56,658 nt of DNA, from assembly GCA_002011495.1 (NCBI GenBank), contig MTNR01000001.1, forward strand, positions 1 to 56,658. The letters are read 5' to 3'. Positions within the stretch are counted from its first letter, which is position 1, and every line of letters begins with the position of its first letter. The notes under the pieces are model-generated. The model saw nothing but the letters and a program-made list of their open reading frames with translations. It was not told the DNA's origin and did no database searches. Positions 29,579 to 37,509 of this stretch are shown here, in pieces. Origin of the DNA: Dehalococcoides sp. JdFR-56 (GTDB lineage: Bacteria > Chloroflexota > Dehalococcoidia > Dehalococcoidales > RBG-16-60-22). The position numbers and the translations under genes were made by a program.

Positions 29579-30943
29579 ATGAAGAAGAAAAATATTCTCA
29601 TTATCGGCTCCGCAGGAAGAGACTTTCATAACTTCAACATGTACTTCAAGGACAATGAAGAGTACAATGTGGTGGGCTTCACCGCCTCACACCAGGTCCC
29701 CGGTATTGTGGGGCGAAAATATCCTCCCGAGCTGGCCGGCAAGCTCTATCCGGAAGGAATCCCCATCTATGCGGAGGAGGAACTTGCCCAGCTGATAAAG
29801 GAGCTCAACGTTGATATCTGCGTCTTTTCCTACAGTGATGTTTCCTACCAACACGTGATGGGCATCGGGGCCATCGTAAATGCCGCCGGGGCCAACTACA
29901 TGATGCTCGGCCCCAAGGACACCATGCTCAAAAGCAAGAAACCGGTCATCGCGGTGGGCGCGGTGAGAACCGGCTCCGGCAAGAGCCAGACCTCAAGAAG
30001 GGTCATTGAGATCCTGATGGCGAAGGGATTGAAAGTGGTCGCGGTACGCCACCCCATGCCCTATGGCGACCTAGCTGCTCAGAGGGTGCAGCGCTTCGCC
30101 GAGCTAGCTGACCTCCAGAAGCACAACTGCACCGTGGAAGAGATGGAGGAGTATGAGCCACACATCGTGCGCGGCAATGTTATCTACGCCGGGGTAGACT
30201 ACCCGGCCATCCTAAAGGCGGTGGAGGAAGACCCCAGGGGCTGCGATGTCATCGTCTGGGATGGTGGCAACAACGACTTCCCCTTCTTCAAGCCCGACCT
30301 GATGATAACCGTTACCGACCCTCACCGCCCAGGCCATGAGCTCTCCTACTATCCCGGGGAAATCAATCTACGCATCGCCGATGTCGTGGTCATCAACAAG
30401 ATTGACAGCGCCTATCCGGAGAACATTCAGAAGGTGCGGGAGAGCATCGCCAGGGTGAACCCCAGAGCCACCGTGGTTGATGCCGCCTCTCCGATCAAGG
30501 TTGATGACCCGCAGATAATCAAGGGGAAGAAGGTGCTGGTCATCGAGGACGGCCCCACGCTGACGCACGGGGAGATGACCTACGGTGCGGGCACAGTTGC
30601 CGCGCAGCGGTACGGGGCAAGCGAGTTGGTAGACCCCAGGCCCTACACCGTGGGGAGCATCACCGAGACGTTCCAGCTCTACCCCTACATCGGCAAACTC
30701 CTGCCGGCGATGGGCTATGGCGAGCAGCAGCGCAAAGACCTGGAGGTGACCATCAACCGGACCGAATGTGACGCGGTGGTGGTGGCAACCCCCATTGACC
30801 TAAGCCGGGTGGTGGACATCAAGAAGCCGAATACCCGGGTTTACTATGAGCTTCAGGAGATCGGGACACCAAACCTGGACGAGATACTGTCCGAGTTCGG
30901 GAAGGCGCATAATCTTCCTATGAAGAGTGCCAAAGGGGCATGA
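29579..30943 (+). CDS. arcE: Arginine synthetase (ArcE)-like P-loop protein, often auto-annotated as cyclic 2,3-diphosphoglycerate synthase/GTPase
   Basis: GSAGRDFHNFN, YPPELAG.LYP.GIPI, AVRTGSGKSQTSR, RHPMPYGDL, WDGGNND, EDGPTLTHG, LPAMGYG match my recollection of Thermococcus kodakarensis ArcE; flanked by OTC and carbamate kinase. Confidence 0.85.
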   Translation: MKKKNILIIGSAGRDFHNFNMYFKDNEEYNVVGFTASHQVPGIVGRKYPPELAGKLYPEGIPIYAEEELAQLIKELNVDICVFSYSDVSYQHVMGIGAIVNAAGANYMMLGPKDTMLKSKKPVIAVGAVRTGSGKSQTSRRVIEILMAKGLKVVAVRHPMPYGDLAAQRVQRFAELADLQKHNCTVEEMEEYEPHIVRGNVIYAGVDYPAILKAVEEDPRGCDVIVWDGGNNDFPFFKPDLMITVTDPHRPGHELSYYPGEINLRIADVVVINKIDSAYPENIQKVRESIARVNPRATVVDAASPIKVDDPQIIKGKKVLVIEDGPTLTHGEMTYGAGTVAAQRYGASELVDPRPYTVGSITETFQLYPYIGKLLPAMGYGEQQRKDLEVTINRTECDAVVVATPIDLSRVVDIKKPNTRVYYELQEIGTPNLDEILSEFGKAHNLPMKSAKGA

Positions 30944-31153
30944 ACACTCGGAGCTGGGAAACGAGGATACCGCTTTGCTGGACCGATTCTTCATCATCTC
31001 GCGGTTCAGTATTCCGCCCGCGGTGCGTGACGGCGAGCGGGAAGACTAGAAGCCGGTATTATGACCAAGCAGAAGGAGGTGTTTCCGCTATGTAGCAGTG
31101 AAATGGTTACCAGGAGAGCCGGGTACAGCCTGAATTAGAAAGGAGAACACGAA

Positions 31154-32341
31154 ATGGCAAAGATTGTGAATTCCTGGAACGAGTGGGACCCCCTAAAACA
31201 CGTGATCATCGGCAGACCAGAGGGCACAAACGTTCCCGCTCCAGAGCCAGCCTGGTGGTATGATCTGCCGGAAGGCGAGTACCCACTGCCGACGTATGGT
31301 CCTTTCCCACAGGAGATGGTGGATGCGGCCAATGAGCAGATGGATTACTTCGTCTCGGTGCTGGAGAAGCGGGGGGTCAAGGTGGACCGGGCGATAATCC
31401 ATCCCTGTATGTACAACAAACCGGTCTCCACACCGGACTGGACGCAGCTGAACTGCCATGGCGTCAACAACGTTCGGGACGTGTTCCTGGTTCACGGCAA
31501 GTATATCATTGAGGCCACCACCTGCCGCCGCTCCCGATGGTACGAGTATCTGAACCTGCGCCCGCACTTTGAGCGGTTCTTCAAAGAGGACCCGGAGATG
31601 GTGTGGTTCACCGCCCCCAAGCCGCGATTGACAGACGAGTCCTACGTCAAGAATTACTACTACTACTTCAACAACGTCTGGACTGATGAGGAGAAGCGGG
31701 ACCGGCTGTACAACTGGGAGTTCCAGCTGACCGAGAAGGAGCCCCTCTGGGATGCTGCCGATGCCATGCGCTTCGGCAAGGATATTTTCCACCAGGGGTC
31801 GTGCGTGACCAACAAGAGCGGCATGGACTGGCTGAAGCGCATGTTCGCCGAGCTCGGCATCCGGGTGCACCACGTCCTGTTTGACACCCCATGGCCTCCA
31901 TCGCCGGACCGACCGGATAACTACCATCCCTGGCACATTGACGTGAACCTGGTTCCGTTGCGACCGGGGCTGTGCATGTACAACCCAGACTGGAAGCCAC
32001 GCACCCCGGAGCTGTGGGAACTGTTCAAGATAAATGACTGGGAGCTGATTCCCGCTGCCAGGCCGACCTACGTGCACAAGAACAAGGTCTACCTCACCGG
32101 GCTGTATGAGGGCAAGTCATGGATCTCGATGAACACCTTCTCCATTGACCCGAAGACGGTCTGTGTGGAGGCGCACGAGACGGCATACTGCGAGCAGCTG
32201 GACAAGCTTGGCTTCGAGGTAATCCCCATCCCCTACGAGAAGGTGATCCCGTTTGGCGGTGCTCTGCACTGCACCACGCTGGACATCTACCGAGAGGGCA
32301 AACTGGAGGATTACTTCCCGAAGCAGATCCCGGGCTACTAA
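31154..32341 (+). CDS. Amidinotransferase (AGAT/StrB1 family), acceptor/donor specificity unknown
   Basis: VNSWNEWDPL, RD, WDAAD (catalytic Asp), HID (catalytic His), WISMN, GGALHC (catalytic Cys). Confidence 0.9.
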   Translation: MAKIVNSWNEWDPLKHVIIGRPEGTNVPAPEPAWWYDLPEGEYPLPTYGPFPQEMVDAANEQMDYFVSVLEKRGVKVDRAIIHPCMYNKPVSTPDWTQLNCHGVNNVRDVFLVHGKYIIEATTCRRSRWYEYLNLRPHFERFFKEDPEMVWFTAPKPRLTDESYVKNYYYYFNNVWTDEEKRDRLYNWEFQLTEKEPLWDAADAMRFGKDIFHQGSCVTNKSGMDWLKRMFAELGIRVHHVLFDTPWPPSPDRPDNYHPWHIDVNLVPLRPGLCMYNPDWKPRTPELWELFKINDWELIPAARPTYVHKNKVYLTGLYEGKSWISMNTFSIDPKTVCVEAHETAYCEQLDKLGFEVIPIPYEKVIPFGGALHCTTLDIYREGKLEDYFPKQIPGY

Positions 32342-32355
32342 TAACCGACCAACGA

Positions 32356-32389
32356 AACGGGGCGCCTTGGCAAGGTGAGGCGCCCCGTT
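32356..32389 (+). other. Strong intergenic hairpin with no U-tract (mRNA stabiliser or partial terminator)
   Basis: AACGGGGCGCCT...AGGCGCCCCGTT 12-bp stem after the amidinotransferase stop. Confidence 0.7.
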
Positions 32390-32437
32390 GAAATTTGGGA
32401 GGGGATGAGGCTTCCTTAAAGGAGGTAAAAAAGCAAG

Positions 32438-33961
32438 ATGAACGGTTATCAGATCGGTTTGATCTCCCTTGTAGCGTTGTATGTCCTGGTCGGTGTGGCC
32501 ATGTTCTACCTGGTTCAGCGGAGCGGCCGGCGCTTCATCATCGCCGGTAAGCGGCTGCCTTTATTCCTGATAGGCACCATGCTCTTCGCCCAGGCGCTGG
32601 ACGCCAACGCCACGCTGGGAAATGCCGGAGGCGTGTATGCCGGTGGGTTTTGGGCTGGATTCCAGTTTCCGCTGGGGCTAGCCCTGTGTCTTGTTGTCGT
32701 CGCGATATGGTACGCCAAGCCCCTGAACCGGATGAACCTGATCACGCTGGCCGATTTCTACTTCCGGAGGTATGGCCGCAAGGTAGAAGTCCCCGTGGGA
32801 CTGCTCATGTGTTTCAGCTTCGTCATCCTGGTCGCGGGCAACTTGGCCGGTGCCTCCTGGATAATCCACATGGTCTTCGGCTTTGACTACCTCCCGTCGC
32901 TGATCATAATGAGTATCCTTCTCCTTGCCTACACCTTCAGCGGCGGGCTTTTCTCCTGCGCAGCCACAGACATAGTGCAGCTATACCCCGCTCTGCTAGC
33001 CTTCGTTGGAGGCGCTATCTGGCTATTCTTCAGCTACGGTGGCGGCGATTGGGGCTACTTTGCTGCGGCAATCCCAGCTGGCTACGCTGACCTTAGCGGC
33101 CTATACTCCATAGAAAACGGGGCACTTCTGAACTGGGCGGGTATCCTGGCGCTCGGCATTGGTGACGTGGTTGCCCTTGACTTCATGGAAAGAGTCTTTG
33201 CCGCTAAAGACCCGGAAACTGCCCGCAGGGGCTGCTTGTGGGGCGCTGGGTTCACCCTGATACTGGGGCTGGCAGCTTCATTCATTGGTCTGATGGCCTT
33301 CCAGCTCTTTGGGGACATCGATGACCCCAGGTCAGTCATAGTGCTGGCGGCGACCTCCATGCCGTTGGTCGTCGGGCTATTCGTCATGGCTGGTGTCATC
33401 GGTGCCGGGCTATCCACTGCCAATGGTGGCGCACTGGCTGTAGCCGCGGTGCTGGGCAGGAATATGCTGCACCGGAACATTGTCCTGCCCATGCACAGAA
33501 GAAAGGCCAGAAAGCTGGGAGTGAGCGTTGAAGACTTGGGGATTGACTGGCGTGTTCTGGACCGCAGGCTTCTCTGGTGGGCCCGCCTCATGCTAATACC
33601 AGTGATGGCAGCGTCAGTTTACCTGGCCTACGTCAAACCTGAGCCAGGCATCATGCTGGTTCTCGCCTTTGACGTGGTCTTCGCCGGGTGTCTGGTGCCT
33701 CTGACGCTGGGCATCTACTGGAAAAAGGCAAACGCGTATGGGGCGCTGGCATCAGTCGTCATCGGGTCTTTGCTCCGATTATACTTGTTCTTGACCATCC
33801 CGGAGCATTTAGCCGGTTTGGATACACTAATTCCGCCGGTTGTCTCCCTCCTGGTGATGGTGCCAGTGAGCTTGCTAACGCAGAAACAAGACCCGCCAAA
33901 GCATGAGGTGATCTTCGAAACTCCCAGCGAGGAAGAGGTGGCCCGAGCCATACGCTACTAA
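32438..33961 (+). CDS. Sodium:solute symporter (SSS family)
   Basis: FIIAGKRLPL, TLADFYFRRYG, YTFSGGL...TDIVQ, ERVFAAK, AGLSTANG, GIYWKKAN; about 13 TM segments. Confidence 0.92.
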   Translation: MNGYQIGLISLVALYVLVGVAMFYLVQRSGRRFIIAGKRLPLFLIGTMLFAQALDANATLGNAGGVYAGGFWAGFQFPLGLALCLVVVAIWYAKPLNRMNLITLADFYFRRYGRKVEVPVGLLMCFSFVILVAGNLAGASWIIHMVFGFDYLPSLIIMSILLLAYTFSGGLFSCAATDIVQLYPALLAFVGGAIWLFFSYGGGDWGYFAAAIPAGYADLSGLYSIENGALLNWAGILALGIGDVVALDFMERVFAAKDPETARRGCLWGAGFTLILGLAASFIGLMAFQLFGDIDDPRSVIVLAATSMPLVVGLFVMAGVIGAGLSTANGGALAVAAVLGRNMLHRNIVLPMHRRKARKLGVSVEDLGIDWRVLDRRLLWWARLMLIPVMAASVYLAYVKPEPGIMLVLAFDVVFAGCLVPLTLGIYWKKANAYGALASVVIGSLLRLYLFLTIPEHLAGLDTLIPPVVSLLVMVPVSLLTQKQDPPKHEVIFETPSEEEVARAIRY

Positions 33962-34039
33962 AAGACGTTAGTCCATCTGCTGAGGCAGAAAGGAGGACAA
34001 ACTTAACGCAGCGCAGCAGGCGAGGAGGAGATAGCAGCT

Positions 34040-35011
34040 ATGGAGAGAAACAGAAGCAAAACCTTTGTCATTGCCCTTGGTGGTAACTCCATCCTGAGAG
34101 CAAAGCAGAAAGGAAGTGCCGAAGAGCAGTATGAGAATATAGAGCGCACCGCGGAACAGCTACTGGATTTGCTCAGCAGCGGGAACCGCATCGTAATCAC
34201 CCACGGCAATGGACCACAGGTTGGCAATCTGCTCCTCGCCTGCGAGGCTGCCAAAGATATCGTGCCCCCTCTGCCCCTGGACATCTGCGGCGCAGCCACG
34301 GAGGGCTTCATGGGCTACATGATTCAGAATACCCTGGCCAACCAGCTGCGGCGGATAGGGGCCCCACACAATATCACCACCGTGGTAACCCAGGTGATCG
34401 TGGACCGCAATGACCCCGCCTTCAAGCACCCCTCCAAACCAATAGGCCCCTTCTACAGCGCCGAGGAGGCAGAGCAGCTGCGAAGAGAGAAAGGGTGGGA
34501 GATCATTGAAGACAGCGCCCGTGGTTACCGGCGGGTGGTGCCCTCACCAATACCGGTGAATATCCAGCAGGCCAGAATCATCAAGAGCATGCTAGATAGC
34601 GGCGAGATAGTGATCGCCGTCGGTGGCGGTGGCATCCCGGTGGTGAGGGAGGCTAACCGCGACCTGCGCGGCGTTGAAGCGGTGATTGACAAGGACTACG
34701 CCTCAGCCCGCCTGGCCATCGAGATAGATGCTGACGTCCTGTTTATTCTCACCGCGGTGGAGTATGCCTATCGAGACTTCGCCACACCTCAGCAGAAGGC
34801 GCTGGAGGAGCTGAGCCTGGCAGAAGCCAAGAAACTTCTGGAGGAAGGCCACTTCGGCAAGGGAAGCATGGAGCCCAAGATCCGGGCCGCCATAATGTTC
34901 CTGGAGGAAACAAGCCCAGACCCATCGCGGGAACGGGAGGTGATCATAACCCTCCCTGAGACGGCGATGAAGGCGCTCGAGGGCAAGACCGGCACCAGGA
35001 TTATCAGATAG
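34040..35011 (+). CDS. arcC: Carbamate kinase
   Basis: IALGGNS, THGNGPQVG, KPIGPFY, RRVVPSP, GGGGIPV, AVIDKD, GSMEPK. Confidence 0.97.
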   Translation: MERNRSKTFVIALGGNSILRAKQKGSAEEQYENIERTAEQLLDLLSSGNRIVITHGNGPQVGNLLLACEAAKDIVPPLPLDICGAATEGFMGYMIQNTLANQLRRIGAPHNITTVVTQVIVDRNDPAFKHPSKPIGPFYSAEEAEQLRREKGWEIIEDSARGYRRVVPSPIPVNIQQARIIKSMLDSGEIVIAVGGGGIPVVREANRDLRGVEAVIDKDYASARLAIEIDADVLFILTAVEYAYRDFATPQQKALEELSLAEAKKLLEEGHFGKGSMEPKIRAAIMFLEETSPDPSREREVIITLPETAMKALEGKTGTRIIR

Positions 35012-35041
35012 TCTACCCGGCGCCGCTGAAGCCTTCTTCAA

Positions 35042-35080
35042 AGGCTGCGTCCGCCTCCGCATAGAGGCTGGGCGCAGCCT
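35042..35080 (+). terminator. Long hairpin downstream of arcC (probable operon end)
   Basis: AGGCTGCGTCCGCCTC-cgcata-GAGGCTGGGCGCAGCCT imperfect inverted repeat; weak U-tract. Confidence 0.55.
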
Positions 35081-35166
35081 CTAAGCTATCCTTTCCTTCC
35101 CCAGGGATGGATAATTGACATCGGCGCAAGCTGACAGAATATCCCCCGATTTTTCTCCCCAGACTA

Positions 35167-35209
35167 TTGACAAATGGCGTTAGCCGGTTTATAATTGCAA
35201 CTGGTTGCA
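35167..35209 (+). promoter_or_regulatory. Consensus sigma70 promoter plus palindromic operator for the fur-nik operon
   Basis: TTGACA(35167)-17 nt-TATAAT(35190), immediately followed by TGCAAC-TG-GTTGCA (35196-35209). Confidence 0.85.
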
Positions 35210-35215
35210 CCAACA

Positions 35216-35629
35216 ATGAGTTGCACTACTACGCTAAAGAACAAAGGGCTGAAACTCACCCCACAGCGAAGGCTTATTCTAAACATCATCCACGAGTCCG
35301 GCGGCCACCTCACCGCTGAAGAAATCCTTGACTACGTCCATGCCCGGGTGCCCGGGGTAAATAAATCAACCGTCTACCGTACCCTGGAGCTTCTCGAGGA
35401 GCTGGGTTGCGTGTACAAGAGCGAGCTCGGGGATAGATTCATCTACCACCACGCTGAGGAGGGGCACCACCATCATCTGGTGTGCCGCGCCTGCGGCAAG
35501 AGCATTGACTGCGATGAGGACGTCTTTCTCCCGGTGGAGAGAGCACTCGATAAGAAATATGGCTTTCAAGCCCACTTCAAGCACATGGTGATGAGCGGCC
35601 TCTGCGCCGAGTGCCGGGACAAAGGCTAG
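35216..35629 (+). CDS. Fur-family metalloregulator (possibly nickel-responsive)
   Basis: LKLTPQR, HLTAEEI, STVYRTL, HHHHLVCRACG, GLCAEC. Confidence 0.92.
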   Translation: MSCTTTLKNKGLKLTPQRRLILNIIHESGGHLTAEEILDYVHARVPGVNKSTVYRTLELLEELGCVYKSELGDRFIYHHAEEGHHHHLVCRACGKSIDCDEDVFLPVERALDKKYGFQAHFKHMVMSGLCAECRDKG

Positions 35630-35739
35630 TAACTTTAAAAAATTTTTAAAGAGCCAGGCAATTGGTTTAGCCGCGGTCATGATGTCTATCCCCCGTTCGG
35701 TAAAAACCATCGCCTGGAATGGAAAAGGAGGGATGAGCT

Positions 35740-36378
35740 ATGCATATCCCCGATGGCTTTCTGAACATGGCCACTGTGGCGAGCACCTACACCATATCGG
35801 TGGGTGGGGTGGCCAACGCGGTGAGGATAGCCAATAAGAAACTGGGGGAAAAGCAGGTGCCCATGATGGGAGTTTTGGCCGCCTTCATCTTTGCTGCCCA
35901 GATGCTCAATTTCCCGGTAGCCGGGGGCACCTCCGGGCACCTCATCGGCGCGGCGCTGGCAGCTATTTTGCTCGGGCCATGGGCAGCGGTGATCATAATG
36001 AGTGCGGTGCTCATCGCCCAGAGCCTCATCTTTCAGGATGGCGGCCTCCTCGCCCTGGGAGCCAATATCTTCAATATGGCCATCATCGCCAGCTTCAGCG
36101 CCTATTATATCTACCGCCTAGCCCAGTCACTCCTTGGCGATAGCGGCAAGGGGCAGCTCATCGGCGTTTTCGCGGCTAGCTGGGGCTCGGTGTTACTTGC
36201 CTCCATCGCCTGTGCCGTGGAGCTGGCCATCTCAGGGGCGTCACCCTGGGGGGTGGTTCTGCCCGCCATGGCTGGCGTCCACGCCCTTATTGGTATCGGT
36301 GAAGGGCTTATCACCTCAGCCGTGGTCAGCCTGGTGCTGGCCACCAGAGCTGACCTCATGCGCCTGCAAAAAATCTAG
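35740..36378 (+). CDS. nikM: Ni/Co ECF transporter S component (NikM/CbiM)
   Basis: Metal-binding N-terminus MHIPDGFL (NikM-type), GTSGH, DGGLLALGAN. Confidence 0.88.
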   Translation: MHIPDGFLNMATVASTYTISVGGVANAVRIANKKLGEKQVPMMGVLAAFIFAAQMLNFPVAGGTSGHLIGAALAAILLGPWAAVIIMSAVLIAQSLIFQDGGLLALGANIFNMAIIASFSAYYIYRLAQSLLGDSGKGQLIGVFAASWGSVLLASIACAVELAISGASPWGVVLPAMAGVHALIGIGEGLITSAVVSLVLATRADLMRLQKI

Positions 36379-36396
36379 CCGTTTGGGAGGACACAG

Positions 36397-36690
36397 ATGA
36401 GCAAGAAATGGTGGATAATCGCGCTAGTTATCTCTCTGGCGCTGGCCACCATATCGCCCTTGGCCTCGTCAGCGCCCGATGGGCTGGAAAGGGTGGCCGA
36501 GGATAATGGCTTCCTTAGCCTGGCATTGGAAGCGCCATTTGAGATTGTGGCTGATTACGTCTTTCCGGGGATAGCCAATGAGGCGCTGGCCACCATAATC
36601 GCCGGCTGGCTGGGCACCATCCTTTTGTTTATCGCCGTATACGGTCTTGCTTGGTTAATCAAATCAAGAAGAAGGACAACTACTGTCTAG
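36397..36690 (+). CDS. nikN: PDGLE-domain protein (NikN-like)
   Basis: ASSAPDGLERVA motif between two TM helices. Confidence 0.85.
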   Translation: MSKKWWIIALVISLALATISPLASSAPDGLERVAEDNGFLSLALEAPFEIVADYVFPGIANEALATIIAGWLGTILLFIAVYGLAWLIKSRRRTTTV

Positions 36691-36719
36691 TCAGATACCA
36701 AGTCCCATAGGTGTAATGA

Positions 36720-37493
36720 ATGAGGCACAGTTTCCTCGACCAGTATAGCGACCGGGATAGCCTGATACACCGGCTTGACCCCCGCACCAAGCTGGTGAGC
36801 ACCTTTCTCTTCATAACCGCGGTGGCGCTGACGCCACCTGACGGATGGGTGTCTTACGCCCTGTACTCGGCCATCTTGGCCATCTGGCTAATGCTATCCC
36901 GTGTGCCCCTCGGCTACGTTCTCAAGCGCTCCCTGGTGGTCCTCCCCTTCGTGGTGCTGATCGCCATATTCATCCCCTTTTTCCGGGAGGGAGAAATAGC
37001 CGGTAGCTACAATCTGTGGCTGTGGCAAGTGTCAGTTACCCACAGCGGGATTATCATCCTGCGCAATATCCTGATTCGGGCCTGGCTCTCCGTCCTCAGC
37101 CTGATTCTGCTCACCTCAACCACCAAGCTGCCTGACCTTCTGAGGGGGCTGGAGCAACTGCACATGCCCCGGGTAATGGTCATGGTGCTCTCCTTCATGT
37201 ATCGGTATATCTTTGTGCTGGTGGATGAAGTGATGCGGATGAAGCAGGCCAGGGACAGCCGCAACTTCGGTGGCCGGCGCTGGTGGCAGATACGGACGGT
37301 GGGCAATATGATCGGCACCCTCTTCATCCGTGCCTATGAGCGCGGGGAAAGGGTTTACGCCGCCATGATGGCCAGAGGCTTTGACGGCCAAAGCCGGACG
37401 CTGAAGCGCCTGGAATTCAAGCCGGCGGATGCCTACTTTGGGCTGAGCCTCGGGACGCTGGTCATCTGGGGCAACCTCATCAACCTAATTTAG
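36720..37493 (+). CDS. nikQ: Ni/Co ECF transporter T component
   Basis: IHRLDPRTK, MYRYIF, AMMARGF. Confidence 0.88.
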   Translation: MRHSFLDQYSDRDSLIHRLDPRTKLVSTFLFITAVALTPPDGWVSYALYSAILAIWLMLSRVPLGYVLKRSLVVLPFVVLIAIFIPFFREGEIAGSYNLWLWQVSVTHSGIIILRNILIRAWLSVLSLILLTSTTKLPDLLRGLEQLHMPRVMVMVLSFMYRYIFVLVDEVMRMKQARDSRNFGGRRWWQIRTVGNMIGTLFIRAYERGERVYAAMMARGFDGQSRTLKRLEFKPADAYFGLSLGTLVIWGNLINLI

Positions 37494-37509
37494 CTAGCCA
37501 AACAAGATT

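Noticed and set aside
31090-31153. Pyrrolysine/selenocysteine read-through of ATG-TAG-CAG-TGA into the amidinotransferase
   Set aside because: It is out of frame with the gene (64-nt offset), has two consecutive stops, and there is no pyl/sel evidence in the window.
31154-32341. Arginine deiminase (ArcA) completing an ordinary ADI operon
   Set aside because: Same fold, but the sequence has amidinotransferase signatures (NSWNEWDPL, DAAD, HID, WISMN, GGxxHC). It lacks ADI hallmarks such as the SEIGxL start, FTRD, EGGD and GRGGxRCM.
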